Source of the DNA: Octopus sinensis
Lineage: Eukaryota
DNA: 64,000 bases
Direction of reading: 5' to 3'
Assembly: GCF_006345805.1 (NCBI RefSeq)
Contig: NC_042998.1
Span: 144,646,001-144,710,000, forward strand
Shown here: piece after piece, positions 1-14,069 of the stretch
How positions within the stretch are numbered: the first letter of the stretch is position 1
Layout: each line of letters starts with the position of its first letter
Made by a program: the position numbers and the translations under genes
Notes under the pieces: model-generated
Database searches by the model: none
What the model was told of the DNA's origin: nothing
The model's input: the letters and a program-made list of their open reading frames with translations, nothing else

Positions 1-510
1 CTCGCTAATGTTAGATTTTCAAGATCGATAAAAGAATACCAATCTATTTTGGGGATGAATTAGTGGATCTATTGGAAGGTTGAATAGGATGTCCTATCCT
101 GTGGTATTTATTACAGCCCTTTGAGTTGAGACAGTAATTCCTGTGACATCTTAGTGCCAAACTGTATTGGCAAAAGTCAGTGGTGTGAAAAGGAGAGACT
201 TGCATACATGGGCAATTACCAGTCTTCTTAAAAAAAAAATCTTGCCCTGAACTGCACGTACATGTGGAGATGCATGGTTAACCTTAAACAATGGAGGCCA
301 TTATCTTGGTTAAAGCAGTCTCAGAACTGTCTATGAAGATTCTAAGGCACTTGAGAAATATTTGGCAACAAAACTGAGTAGATCAAGTGGTGACAGAACC
401 TACTGATTTGATTAATGGCAAGAAAGAAAAGACAAGCAGAGGAGGATCCATTTGAAATAGAAATATTATGGAGAAATCTTTGACAAGTTAAAGTAAACAA
501 CATTACTTAC

Positions 511-664
511 CAACAAGAAGGACTACTAACTGTAAGGAAGATACAGACTGCATATGATAAACACTGCTAACACCACATATCTTAACTGGGGTACTGTACA
601 AGGAGTAAGAAGAATTTTGGATTTCACTGACAAAGAGTCCTTCCTCACCACCAAGAAGCAAAAA
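511..664 (-). CDS. CIT: CIT exon, CNH domain start (FLLLGGEEGLFVSEIQNSSYSLYSTPVKICGVSSVYHMQSVSSLQLVVLLV-G)
   Basis: cag acceptor at 665-667, gtaagt donor, 154 nt, phase 0 to 1. Confidence 0.9.
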
Positions 665-884
665 CTGTGAAATAAACATACAAACACAATAAATAAATAT
701 TGTTCACATAGATATTAACAGTGAAATAGTTTCAAATGTGACAGTGAACTGAGAACTTTACAGCTGTCTAACATTCACTAACATAGAAAACAACTGAAAG
801 TCTAATAGCTGGGAAACTATATTCTCACAATATAGTTTATATTATGATAATATAGTTTCCCAGCTACTAGACTGTTGCAACAGA

Positions 885-1112
885 TTTTGCTGTATCTTAG
901 AAGGGTCATTATGCCAATAACAAATACATGCACTGGTTCTATTTTACTTTTATTATTAGTAGTCAATTCATTAACATTTAAACAATTAACTAATTGATGA
1001 GTTAATTGGTTACTTGTTCAACTAATTGACTAATAATAATAATAATAAAAGAACTGAAATAGAACCAGTGTGTTTATTATTGGCATAATGACCTAACTGA
1101 AATGCAATAAAA
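885..1112. repeat. Degenerate palindromic MITE-like element (related sequence at about 6125-6260)
   Basis: gggtcattatgccaataa..cactggttctatttt..tattattag at 903-967 is the imperfect reverse complement of 1025-1093. Confidence 0.65.
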
Positions 1113-1794
1113 TATATTCCTACAAGCATGAATAATAATTCAGAATAATATTCTGTTGGTTATGACGATAAGGGTTCTAGTTGATCTGATCATAAATTTA
1201 ATGTGCAAGTGGGTGAGCACTTTACAGACACATGTAACCTTAGCGTAGTTCTTAGGGAGATTCAGTGTGATACAGAATGTGATGAAACTGTAGTACCTTT
1301 GAAACAAAGGTACTACTCATTTTTGTCAGCTGAGTGCATTGGAGCAATGTGAAATAAAGTGTCTTGCTGAAGGACACAATGCGTCACTTGAAACTGAACT
1401 CCCAATCTTACAATCGTGAACTGAATATCCTAACCATTAAGCCATGCACTTCATTGAGTATGATTCAAAATAATACTCAATAGACAAAATAGACATCTAT
1501 GTACCATACTTAACCTATATACAGCACTGAAAGGCATGATGCTGTGGATTTCATCTGAGAGAAAATCTCTTCAAAGACATGTAGTAAAAAAAAACAATAT
1601 ATATCAGAGAGAAGCAAAGATTATTGTAGCAGTGACTCACAAGAACATCAAACGTAGATTAGCTTTCTCAATACAACATGTCTATGAAGAGATTTTGTTT
1701 CAGACAAAAACCACAACAGCATGCCTGTCAAGAGTATATATACATTAACTATGCTACACAGAATGTAAAACCACAGATATATTTGTTACTCATA

Positions 1795-1955
1795 CATAGG
1801 CATGGCTGCATGGTAAGAAGTTTACTTCTCAACCACATGATCTTTGATTCAGTGCCACTGTGTGACACCTTGGGCAAGTGTCTTCTACTCTAGCCCTGAG
1901 CCAACTAAAGTCTTGTGAATAGATCTGGTACATGGAAATTGAAAGAAGCCCATTA
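1795..1955 (+). mobile_element. tRNA-derived SINE family 2 (exemplar; dozens of copies on both strands)
   Basis: gtggctgtgtggtaagaag..ggttcagtcccactgcgtggcaccttgggcaagtgtcttctact..gaaagaagcc, recurring throughout the introns. Confidence 0.75.
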
Positions 1956-3025
1956 TATAACTATGCATATGTGTGTGTATGTGTCTGGTCGTGGGGAGTA
2001 CCATCTCACTTGGAAGCAGGTAAGGGTTGTTGATAGGAAGAATATCCATTGTAGAAAAATATGCCTCAACAGATTCTATTCAATCCATGCAAACATGAAA
2101 AAGTGTATATTTAAAATGATGATGATGGATTAAAAAATGATGATGGTAGAATTACATAAAAATTCTACAAAGTATTAATTCCACAAATGGTTGATCTCCA
2201 GTATTTATAGGTCGTGAGTTTTGCTTGTTTGTTGAATATCCATCTATCCATACATTGCTAGCATAGAATGAATGTAGATTGATTGTGAGGCAAGATTTTA
2301 TAGTAGGATGTTCTCCCAGTCACCAATACTTGTTTTTCAGATAAGAAATTTTTAGAATCTGCAGGCCTTTGAAAGTGCAGAGTGGCCAGTTGTAATGTCA
2401 GTGTGACCACTGTTTGCTCAAAATGTGAAACATTCACATTCCACATGTGCATGCAAGTGCACACACATTTATGATAGGATAACTACAGCTCCTTTTTTCT
2501 TTATTACCCACAAGGGGCTAAACATAGAAAGGGACAAAAAAGGACAGACAAAGAGATTAAGTCGATTACATCAACCCCAGTACTTAATTTATCGACCCCA
2601 AAAGGATGAAAGGCAAAGCCGACCTCGGTGGAATTTGAACTCAGAACGTAACGGCAGACGAAATACCACTAAACATTTCGCCTGGTGTGCTAATGTTTCT
2701 GCCAGCTTGCTGCCTTAACTACAGGATAACTACAACTTCTGCTCACTAGATTCCTTCTCAAGGCACTGGCAGGCCTGGGGCTATTGTAGAAAACTTGCCC
2801 AAGGTGCTGCACAGTGGAACTGAAGCCAAAAGCATGTATTCATTTTACAACAGTAGATGATTAAAGAAATGTTGTATTTAAGTAAGTCAATGCTGTAGAT
2901 ACAGAAGTGTCATTTCAGGCACTTTCATGTGATAATAAGTGAGTTAAAATAAATGAAAGAAGGGAAATAGTGACACTTAAAGAGTTGAAAGAAGGTTTGA
3001 GACAAAGAGAAAAAAAAAATCTCAC

Positions 3026-3106
3026 CTTTTTGTTAAGGATTAGGCAACAGTTTAATTCAATTTTGAAGGTATCATTCAACTGTAGAACAACAGTGTGCAT
3101 CAACCG
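3026..3106 (-). CDS. CIT: CIT exon, PH-CNH linker (RLMHTVVLQLNDTFKIELNCCLILNKK)
   Basis: tttttcag acceptor, gtgaga donor, 81 nt, phase 0-0. Confidence 0.9.
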
Positions 3107-3179
3107 CTGAAAAAGTAGAGTATTATTTAGGATGAGTAAATATAACAAGTATTGTGGAAAGTGCTCAACAAGATATTAA

Positions 3180-3398
3180 CCCTTTAGCATTTACACCAAC
3201 CGTATCTGGCTAAAATATTCCGTTTTATGCTCAAACTGGCCAGATCTGGCCTCTTATACTTACCCTACAGTGTCATTCTAAAAAAATAAACAATCACATC
3301 ATTGAAATCTTGAAGCTACAAGACAATGCATGGTTAATTCAAAAACAATGTGAATAAAGAAGCACTATATTAGACAGAGTAATCTGAATTGTAAAGGG
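3180..3398. mobile_element. piggyBac-type MITE
   Basis: TTAA|CCCTTTA...TAAAGGG|TTAA ends, 219 bp, non-coding. Confidence 0.75.
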
Positions 3399-4711
3399 TT
3401 AAAAGCTTTCTAAAGATGATATTAATAGTTTATACAGTTGCAATCCTACTAAAGACTACTCATCTCAAGACATTTAATCAAATATGCCAACATCTATAAG
3501 TCTTATATACAGAACAATCTTCAAACATGACAGAGAAAAGAAAATCATTGCTTTTGATTTCAACCCACCAGAGACTGCTCTTGGTTCTAGGATATAAACT
3601 TGCAGTTTTAAAAAGACCTAAATTAAAACATTTCATCAAAATTTCTTGCTAATTTATGTTTTAAACACTAAATAATGACAAAGTTATTTTACTAAATTCT
3701 TAAATCACATTCAGAATTAATTGAAGCAAAGTCTCTCTTTAGCTCGTTTCTTACCATATTTGTTGAAATACAGTCTAAGTGAATTCATTGAGAAGTCACA
3801 CTTTGCTGTGATTAATTTGTGGAGATGAGTAGAAAGTCTTTATCCAGTTCTAGGTGAGGTTTTGGAGCAATATATTTAACTTTCTTTGACAGATGACTTA
3901 AATGAAAATTATAAAAACCAGTGTTCCTGGGTTCTTTGAACTGAAGAAATTCAAGTTTGACTTTGCAATCAGTTGACCACAGATTTCACATCCACTTCTG
4001 TGTACCTCTTTGCTCCTAATAATAATAGTATTTAGCCCAACATACTCCCTTCTAGCATACTATAAATAACACTTAATATCATCCTCATTTAATGTCCATT
4101 TTCCATGCTGGCATGCGTTCAACAGTTTGATAGGATCTTGCAAGCTGTAGAGCTGCATTGTACTCCAGTGTCAGCTGCGACATAGCTTCTATGGCTGGCT
4201 TCCCTTCCTAATGTCAACTACTCTATAGTGGCTTAATACTTTTGGAACTTTTGTGATTCTACTACTAAGCTTAACCATGGCCATGTAATACACTAGTTCC
4301 AAATGTAGAGAAATCTAAACAATATCTGTAAGGAAAAGAACAGAGAAATTAAGTTTATAATCATATATATATATATTTTATGTGGGGGTGGGAGGACTGT
4401 ACATTAAAAAGATAGAAATTACTTTTAATTACAATACTTCATTTTTGTATTTAGTTTGCAAGATTCTTTATTGTTAATTGGTTAATCTTTTAACCAATTA
4501 ATTAACCAATTATTTGATAAACTGTTCAGTCGATTGATCAATCAGCTTTATCAAAATCAACCTCATCAGTAATATGTCTTCTCTACTCCAGCTCTGTTTT
4601 AGGCAGGTCATTGATGAGGTTGCGAAAGGACTTTGACACACTTAGCAGACTGATTGATTGATCTAATGATAAACCAAACAATCAATCAGTTAATTGGTTA
4701 AACGATAACCA

Positions 4712-6127
4712 ATTCATCATCATTGTTTAACGTCTGTTTTCCATGCTGGCATGGGCTGGACGGTTTGACTGAGGTCTGTAGAGCTAGCGGCTGCACCAGG
4801 CTCCAATCTGATCTGGCAATATTTCTACAGCTGAATACCCTTCCTAACACCAACCACTCCGAGAGTGTAGTGGATGCTTTTTACGTGTAACTGGCACAGA
4901 AGCCAGTCAGGTGGGCCTGGCATCAATCACATTCAGATAGTGCTTCTTATGTGCCACTGGCACAGGAGCCAGTCAGGAGATACTGGTATCGGCCATGTTC
5001 GAATGATGCATTTTACGTGCCACCGGAACAGGAGCCAGTCAGGGTCACTGGCCACAGCTACGATTTTGGTTTTACTCGACTCAACAGGTCTTTTCGAACA
5101 TATTATATCACCTGACGCATCAAGGGTACTCTTAAATGGCTGGACATGCAACACTGGCAATGGCCATGATCTCACTTTACTTGCCAGGTCTTCTCAATCA
5201 CTGCATAACTCCAAAGGTCTTGGTCTCCTGTCATTGCCTCTGTGAAGCCCAATGTTCGTAGGTCATGCTTCACCATCTCATCCCATGTCTTCCTGGGTCT
5301 ACCTCTTCCAGAGGTTCCTTTCACAGTTAGGGTGTGGAACTTCCTCACACAGCTATCCTCATCCATATGTAACACATGACCATATCAGTGCAGTCGTCTC
5401 TCTTGCACACCACATTTGCTGCTTCTTATGTCCAACATTTCTCTCAGGGCACTTACACTCTGTTGTGTATGCACATGGACATTATACTTCCAGCAGATCA
5501 TACTAGCTTCATTTCTTTCAAGCCTATGCATGTCCTCAGCAGTCATGGTCCATGTTTCACTGCCATGTAGCATGGTAGTTCGCACACATGCATTATACAG
5601 TCTACCTTTCATCCTGAGCAAGAGGCCCTCAGTTGCCAGCAGAGGTAGGAGCTCCCTGAACTTTGCCCAGGTTATTCTTATTCTAGCTGCTACACACCCA
5701 GAGCAACCACCCCCACTACAGACTTGATTGCCTAGGTAGCAGAAGTTATCAACAACTTCCTTTTTCTCTTGGCATGTGATGGAATCTGTTTTCTGTACAT
5801 CTTCAGTGTTTATTGCTCCTGTGCATCTGCCACACACAAAAACTATCTTCCTGGTTAACCTTCCTTCGATATTGCTGCACCTTTTATGTGTCCATAGCTT
5901 ACACTGGGTACATCGCATGGAGTTCCTACCCATGCCTTTTCTACAGATCGAGCAGGGCCATCTACCTGAAGGGGTTTGTGATTTATCAGCCTTCCTCCTT
6001 ACTAAGACTTTGGTTTTTGCTAGGTTAACCCTAAGGCCCTTTGATTCTAGACCTTGCTTCCACACCCTAAACTTTGTCTCTAGTTCTGGCAGTAACTCAG
6101 CTATTAGAGCAAGATCATCAACAATTA
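4712..6127 (-). mobile_element. 5'-truncated RTE-clade LINE (RT C-terminal region with Cys/His finger, 3'UTR, GAT tail)
   Basis: ORFs 5385-6065 (GLRVNLAKTKV..FCYLG..RIRITWAKFREL..LYNACVRTTMLHGSETW) and 5172-5375 (GRGRPRKTW). The 3' end ccatgccagcatggaaaacagacgttaaacaatgatgatga matches the tail of many short repeats in the window. Confidence 0.9.
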
Positions 6128-7000
6128 ACTAATAATAATAAAAAAGTGAGATAGAATCAGTGCATGTGTTTATTATTGGCATAATGACACTCTCAAGATG
6201 CAACAAAATACTTTAAAATATTCTACATACAATAATATTTAGATAAGTTATTTTTAATTAGATGTTTAATTATCAGAGATTACAATTTATTAGACATCAT
6301 GTTTAAGCTGTATTCATTTGTTTATATAACATTTGCTTTTCTATGCTAGCAGATGTTGGATGAAGACATTATTGGGAGACTATTTTACTGCTGGGTAACC
6401 TTCCTATCATTAAACCTTATCAATTTTATGAGTAAGGCATTCTTCTTCCACACTGTCTTTGAATGTATAGACAAGTAACAATTCATTTTTATTATATTCT
6501 ACAGGTATGGCTCTGCAGTAAGAAGTTTGCTTCCCAAACACATAGCTTAAGACTCAGTCCCACACTGCAGCAACTTAGCCAAATGTCTTCTACCATAGAC
6601 ATGGTCCAACTAATGCCTTGTGAGTGAGTACGGTACAAGGAAACTGAAAGAAGCCTGTTTGATCTATCTATCTATCTAACCATCATTACCACTTTAATGT
6701 ACGTTTTTCCATGCTTGCATAAGTCATTGTGTATGTGAATGTCCCTTTGTCATGATAGTGTGTGATAGTTGTAAATGAATATTACTCTCATATAAGCAGT
6801 GTCATTTCTAATAACCTGCAAAAATATATCTGGCTATGAAAAGTATTACCTTACTAAAAACAGGTGAGTGTTAGCAACAGGAAGGGCACCTAGCTGCAGA
6901 AAATCTGCCACAATTAACCCCATCTGACATACAAAGGCATAGAAAAGTGGTATGGTTCAACAGATATTTGTTTGATATATCAAACCCATAAAGAACATAC

Positions 7001-7100
7001 CGTTTGTTTGTTGGCATTGCTTCTCTTCTTAACAACAGCTTCCAATGCAGCAGCCCAGCGCTGCTTATCTGAGAAATTCATACACATGAGGTAGAGAATT
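7001..7100 (-). CDS. CIT: CIT exon, PH domain C-terminal helix (ILYLMCMNFSDKQRWAAALEAVVKKRSNANKQT)
   Basis: tacag acceptor, gtatgt donor, 100 nt, phase 2 to 0; conserved PH-domain Trp. Confidence 0.92.
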
Positions 7101-7606
7101 CTGTAATGACATATAGAATAAATAGATCAGTTAATGTATTTAACCACACATTAGAAAAAGAACATAACTATTGGAACTGTTCAAGAGCAACAAAAAAGAT
7201 TTGAATCAATTGTAAAAATATATAAGATAAAGAAATTTTACTGGAAAATATTAAAAATATGTTTATTTATAAATAAAAATAAAGTATAAAGAAAATTCAC
7301 CTTTGTATACATTGCACACACACAAACACACACACACTTTTAAGAATGAAAGATAATTTTAAGTGAAAAGAAAGAAGAATGGTAAATTATTTAAATGGAA
7401 TGGGCATGGTTTGGTTCCCAATCATATGGTTTCAAGTTCAATACCATTATGTGGAACTTTGGGCAAGCATGTAAAAAATGGACATTAAAACAATGATGAT
7501 GATGACGATGGTAAAACAGAGAAAACAAGTAAAGTGAGGAAAGAGGGAAGAAAAAGATCAAAAGACAATGAAACAACTCAGTAAGTATTGAGAAGTGACT
7601 ACATAC

Positions 7607-7846
7607 TTGCCCGGCCAACAAGTGTTGTCTGGAATCTCTTCAACTTTCATGATGTACAACAGATCGGAAGTAGCGGTGTTAGGAAGCTCAGCAGCTGTCA
7701 CAGCACTGTGAACCACCACTTCATTGTTTGTGGTTGGATACAAGTCAAAAGAGTCAATAGGTGAGGAGTCGTCTTCATCATTGTAAATCATCAACATATT
7801 TCCATCAAGTTTCACCCAACACTGATCCCAGCTATTTCTACCACTT
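7607..7846 (-). CDS. CIT: CIT exon, PH domain (SGRNSWDQCWVKLDG...TCWPG-K)
   Basis: Inside ORF 7558-7902; ttgtag acceptor, gtatgt donor, 240 nt, phase 2-2. Confidence 0.95.
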
Positions 7847-10271
7847 CTACAAATTAAACAAACAAAAATTATATTGATATGAATATCATTTAATAAACAC
7901 ATTTAATAAAGATCGTACAAACATTGTACTATTGGAGCATGAATCAAATAGTAGCTCACATATAAATTCTGTTTTTATTAAGCGATATTTATCTCTTGCT
8001 GGATAGAGTACTGTTTTGTTTTGTTGATCCTGCCAACAACAAAACAGCACACTATATAATAATTTGAAGAAATGAGGAATTGTTCCTCAGTTTATTTATA
8101 TACAGGTAAAGAATGTCTTCAAATTTTCCAAGCGAATGAGATAAAATAAAATGAAATAGTACAATCGTTATTTAAGAAATTTTCATCTAGCACTTACCTT
8201 AAAACATTGTATTCCTATATATACATACATAGAATACATTCAAAAGACTGTATGAAGTGAAATGATATCAAACAACTGAGATGCATATACTCCAATTCCT
8301 GTAATACTCATGACTTTCCATTAAAAATTGTAATTTCAAATTTTCATAGATATTACAATAAACTTCTTATTGTACTTCACCTTTTCATCACCTCTCTCAC
8401 GTTCTCCTCTTACCTGTGATGGTTCTTTAGTCATGTCAGTTACAAGGCAATCTCACTCACTAATGTTGGTGCCCTACTACACACGCAGAAAGAGGAGGTA
8501 CGTAGTACATCCTATAAAGTGGTTGGCACTAGAAGGACATATAGCTGTGAAAATCACGCCCAAACTGAGACACTGCAGCATGAGATGGTGCTTTGTCTTG
8601 CTGGGTCCACTGAACTGCCCAACCTATGCCAGTCTGGAAGACAGGCATAAAAATGATGAAGGTGATTAGAATAAACTAAAATTTGGAATGGAATGGTAAT
8701 TGGAAGCTTTGAATTTTTAAAGAAATACTAAAATCTGATATTTAAAATTTGAACTATTACTTAAAAAATAATCTCATCTGACCTATGCAAGAATGGAAAA
8801 AGTAGATGTTAAAACAGATGCTACGTATATAAAGTGGGAAATGGTAAATCTAATTTAGATAAATTAAGTGCTATTTCCTTTAACTTAAATTGAAATTTCT
8901 GTCATGAAATCAACCCAAATATCTTTAAATTACACTATTTAGATATTTTCAAACTACACAGTAATTGAAATATATTCCTGTGGACAAATATGCAACAACC
9001 ATTTTAATTAGTATATAACCCCCTTTCAAAATGTATGTTACTTATTTCTTTGTTGCCCACAAGGGGCTAAACATAGAGGGGACAAACAAGGACAGACAAA
9101 AGGATTAAGCCGATTACATTGACCCCAGTGTGTAACTGGTACTTAATTTATCGACCCTGAAAGGATGAAAGGCAAATTCGACCTCAGCAGAATTTGAACT
9201 CATAATGTAAAGACAGATGAAATACTGCTAAGCATGTCGCCCAGTGTGGTAACATTTCTGCCAGCTCGCCGCCTTCAAAATATATGTTACTGTGATTTTT
9301 CATTTTATTTAAAGAATGCAATAAAAAGAATTTGAAGAAAAAACAAAAAATGCACTAATGTTTTGTTTTTGAAAACAATTGTATTACATAGTTAGCTTTC
9401 AATGAGTAGACATGATTTTGTGGCTAAGAAGTTTGCTTCCCAGTCATGGTTTTTGAGTTCAATTCCACTGTGTGATACTTAGGTCAAGTATTTTTCAAAA
9501 GTGTTGTGAGTGGATCTGATAAAAGGAAATCGAAAGAAGCTTGTCATACATGTGTGCCAATGTGTCTCATTTTGACATGTAACAATTGTAAATGAGTGTA
9601 ACCATATGAGCAGTGTTGTTGGTGATAAAAAGGGCATCCAACCTTGGAAGAATTTGCCTTGACAATTTCCATCTGACCCTTGCAAGCATGGAAAAGTGGA
9701 TGCAAAAACAATGATAATGATGTATGACCCACTAACCAACACACAGAAATCTCTTTCAAGATCTAGTCTTTAAAAGTATGTATATATTCACTTCAAGGAA
9801 ACATTACTCTATGATGAGAAAGTCTACTGCAAACCCTTTCTGGTTATTAGTATAACAATATTTCCTTCATGTTAGTTTGAACTACAACATATTCAAAAAT
9901 GTAAGAAGCAAAAAAACAAAATAACCCTCCAGTTCCTGTGTTTATGATAAACAGTCAGCCAGTCTTTGCTAAGTAGTCTGTCTCCCTTAGATAACAATTG
10001 TATTTATTGCCTACTATTTCCTTGTTATGAGTAATGTTATTTAACTATAGGTCAGTCTAACTGAATATACATATCACTGATCAAAAATGTCCCAACCATG
10101 ACTACCCAGTAATTTTTCAGACAGTGTATATATAAGAATATCATTATCTATGAACATTTATAATTTGGCTAATCTTTGTAGAAGGTCAAAGTGAACACAA
10201 TTTCAAAATTAAGTAAAATAAAATCAGTGCATTTCAACAGGAATATGATAAGAAAAGGGTTAACAGTATAC

Positions 10272-10446
10272 CTTTGGATCTTAAGATAACTTGAAATTTC
10301 ACAGGGATTTGTTTGACTTGAATTCACAGTGTCAGCGGAGTCTATTCTACGCATACAAGATGTAAAGTTCTGAATATATTCCAGTAATAGTCCACAGGTG
10401 GGTGGCACTTGTGAAGCACATTTCATATGGCACACAATATGGCATT
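10272..10446 (-). CDS. CIT: CIT exon, second half of C1 domain (E-CHIVCHMKCASQVPPTCGLL...SYLKIQ-R)
   Basis: ttttgcag acceptor, gtatac donor, 175 nt, phase 1 to 2; completes the C1 Cys/His pattern. Confidence 0.93.
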
Positions 10447-12089
10447 CTGCAAAAGAAACAATAGAAAATGGTACGTATAATGTGTGTTAATACTTATTAT
10501 CCCAGGAACATTTCAATATATTGTGCTTTTTCCCCTCAAAAGATTAACTGACACCCACATAACTGAAAAAGAAATAAGTCAACACATCACCATTTTAACA
10601 GCCACTTTTCTATGGAACTGCTGAGGCAGATTTTCTACAGCTGGATACCCTTACTATTGCAAACCCTTACCCATTTCCAAGCTAAATAATGTTTCCCATG
10701 GTCAGATATATATATATTTTTTTTTCCATAGCAAACTGGAAACAAACATCACTTGTATGATGGTGATCCTTGTTTACAACCATCATATGACGTTAGGACA
10801 AGAGAACACACACACGTGTGCATACACACACCATACTTCATTCAGTTTCTGTCTATCAAATCCATTCATACGGTTTTGGCAAGCGCCACACAGTGGGACT
10901 GAACCACAAGGCTGGGAAGCAAGCTTCAAACTATAGCACTGTGTCTTTGCATACTAAATTTCTAAAATACTTTCCCAAAATGTGATATTTTCATATTTGT
11001 CAACAAAAAGAAGAAAAAAAACCCCACTGTAATCTACTGAAAGTAGAGTCAGCTCAAAACTAGTTTTTGATTTTGAAATTTATTGCTAGAAGCAGCGACA
11101 TAACTGTGTGGTTTAGAAATTTGCTTCAGAATCAGTCTGAGTGGCAGCTTGAGTATCTTCTATTATAGTCTCCAGGCCAACCAATGCTATGTGAGAGAAT
11201 TTGGTAGAGGAAAATGCAGGAAGACTGTAGTGTGTGTGTGTGGACACACACACATACGTGTGTACCCTTGACTTGACATGTGATGATTGTAAATGAGCGT
11301 CACTGTCATATGCAACATTGTTTGTTTCCAGTCTTTCAACATGTCTGGCCATGGAGAAATATTACTTTGCTTGGAAAGAAGCAAATGTTAAACAAACAGG
11401 ACCAACCCTTTTCATATCTATCTGCCTGAGACTGCCCCTAGTTCTTGGAACAAAGTCCTTGTTTTAAAGTGATCTAAATGAAATCCTTCCATCCACCAGC
11501 TTAAAAATAAAAGTAAGTATACTAAATTCTTTATTATTTCCAAAATGAAAATTGGATTCAGGCAGGTTGGTAGCAAAGGGATTAAATGTCAGTATCAGAA
11601 TTAATACTCAGTAATATCAATTACCATTACTGTGGAACCCTGAAAGTATGTAACTATCCGATTGGGTTTTGATTTATTTTCTCCCAACCATTGCTAGATG
11701 TAAAAAAAATGTGGTTTGCATATAAACAATAAAGCATAGGGCAGAAAGGTCCTTTTAATCCTGTCTTGCTAAAGATTATTCAACCTCTCTAGTGTCAATG
11801 TCACAAGAAAATGTACCCAATTACATTCTGTAAAGTAGTTGGCAATAGGAATGGTGCTTTGATGTAGAAATCAAACCAAATAACGTGAGCACCTGTCTAA
11901 CGGAGTAATAGCTCCCAATAACAAATGACACTGTGACAACTTGTCTTACCTATGTCAGCATGGAAAGTGGGTATAAAATGATGCAGATGATCCACAAAAT
12001 AAAGATACTATTTAAAAACTTTACAAAGAATATGTGATAGAGGGGTTGGATTTATTAGCTACTGAAAAAGTTAAGTACAGCATATTTAC

Positions 12090-12407
12090 CTTCGCATTTC
12101 TTTGCTTGTGAAACAAATGGAACATTTCCAAGGCACACAGCACATTTAGTTGCACGCGTGTTGTAACCAGAAACAAACCGATGTGGTATGTTGTGATTCA
12201 TCCTAGCACGAGGTGGCTTAGCAGGGGCCATGGGAGTGCCAGGTGCACTCTTGCTCAAGCCACTGGATGATACTGAGGAAGTTAACTTGGACAGTGTGTG
12301 GGTAGTTGGAGAATTGCTAAGACTTGAGATAACAGCAGGGTCTGACAGAGCGCTTCTTCCTGTAAGAAACTCATGTGCATCTGTATCACCAGTTTTCAGT
12401 TTCAAAA
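12090..12407 (-). CDS. CIT: CIT exon, Ser/Pro-rich linker plus first half of C1 domain ([35 protein letters not shown])
   Basis: ORF 12055-12405; tttctag acceptor, gtaaat donor, 318 nt, phase 1-1. Confidence 0.95.
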
Positions 12408-12833
12408 CTAGAAATAAAAAAGTTAAAATTATTTTAAATAATTTAAATATAAAATTAAAACAAAGTTAAAACCATTGAAATAAACTAAATATTTGGTAAA
12501 CACAATTGAAACAGCAATTTATGTATCATACTTAACTGTTGATGCTGTGGCTTTCATTTGAGAGAAACATTAATGCTGTTTCAATTGCATACAAATTATT
12601 TTCCAGCCCAGCAGCTATTTGCAATATCAGCAAATGTATTATCCACTGTTGCCTATGAGGTAACAGATTTAATTTAGTTAAGTGACTTAGGCTCAAGAAA
12701 TCTGAAATGCATCTGATATTTTTGTGAATCACTACTGGTATGATTTTTATCTCACTCTGACAGTGTTTCTAAAATGGCAGATCTATGAAGATATTGATTT
12801 TTGAACAAAAACCACTGCATCATGCCTCTCAAT

Positions 12834-12879
<46 letters not shown>

Positions 12880-13657
12880 TGATACACAGATGTCTATTTT
12901 AAACTAAATATAAACTTAAAATTATTGACAGTAAACTAGAACTGTTTGAGGAAATAGGCAACATAATTAAGGCATACTGATTCCAGACAAAGTTCTAATG
13001 TTGGCATCATGAGAAATTGCACCAAATCTATAAAGTAGCTGACAAATGAGCAGAGAAAGTGTAGGGCTATGAGATCCAGTTAGTGCTGTCTCATGGAGGA
13101 CTATTCAATCTCTCTAATGTTGGTGCCATGAGAAATGTGCACCCAATACATTCTGTGAAGCAGTCAGTGATATCCTGCCTGTTCCCAGCCCTCACCAATT
13201 TCCAAGTAAGTTAATGTTTTCCTTGGCTGTATGTGCTTTCATGTAAAGCTGCTAACAAATGACACCATTTGTATGACAGTGATACTCATTCATAACCATC
13301 ATTTAAGTCAGAATGCACACACACAACAGGCTTCTTTCAGTTGTCTCTGTATACCAAATCCATTCACAAGATTTTGGTTAGCCTGAGACTATGCTATAGT
13401 AGAAGACACTTGCCCAAAGTGCCATGTAGTCAGAATGAACCCAAGACCATGTGGTTTCCTGCCCCCAAAATCATCTGCCCTAACATCGAGCTTTTAAAAG
13501 AGAATCAAAGACAACATATTCTGCCACAGAAATACATAAAATTTAACATTCATTAATTAGAACATTGATAAAATCGTGATTAGAATATACATCAAAGTGC
13601 AATATATAATTCATTCAGAGTCTTTTCAAAAAAAAAAAAAAATCTTTAAAAATTAAC

Positions 13658-13826
13658 CTTCAGAGGCCAGTTGATAATTTTCAGCCCTCATTTTCTCGAT
13701 TTGTTCTTGCAGTTTAGCATTTTTCTTCTTTTCTGCTTCTACTTGAGTGTACAAGTCTCCACCGGCACGCACTGGGGTTTTATTCATACAGTCTTTGCTT
13801 TTGAAGCTCCCAAACAATCTAGAACA
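13658..13826 (-). CDS. CIT: CIT exon, coiled coil after the Rho-binding region (CSRLFGSFKSK...NYQLASE-V)
   Basis: ctttcag acceptor, gttaat donor, 169 nt, phase 0 to 1. Confidence 0.88.
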
Positions 13827-13958
13827 CTGAAAGAGAGATTGTATTTATTGTAAATTTAACAAATGAAATGAAAAAAAATTACATAACAGCATCAAAACAT
13901 TTTAAAAATAAAGTTGCAGGGAAAATCAAAAGAGTAGAACAAAAATATATGTACATAC

Positions 13959-14069
13959 CTTTTTCTTTTTAGCAGTACTATCAGGTATTAGTGCGTGCAT
14001 GTAGTCAATAAGTTTCATCTGTTGCCCCATCATACTTTCAAAGCGATATTTTTCTAAACAGTATGAACT
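13959..14069 (-). CDS. CIT: CIT exon, Rho-binding region (SSYCLEKYRFESMMGQQMKLIDYMHALIPDSTAKKKK)
   Basis: ttttag acceptor, gtatgt donor, 111 nt, phase 0-0; QQxKLID motif. Confidence 0.93.

Noticed and set aside
8198-8214. 17-nt AG..GTAAGT candidate microexon between the C1 and PH exons
   Set aside because: Its length is not a multiple of 3, and the flanking exons already join in frame (QR|SGR).
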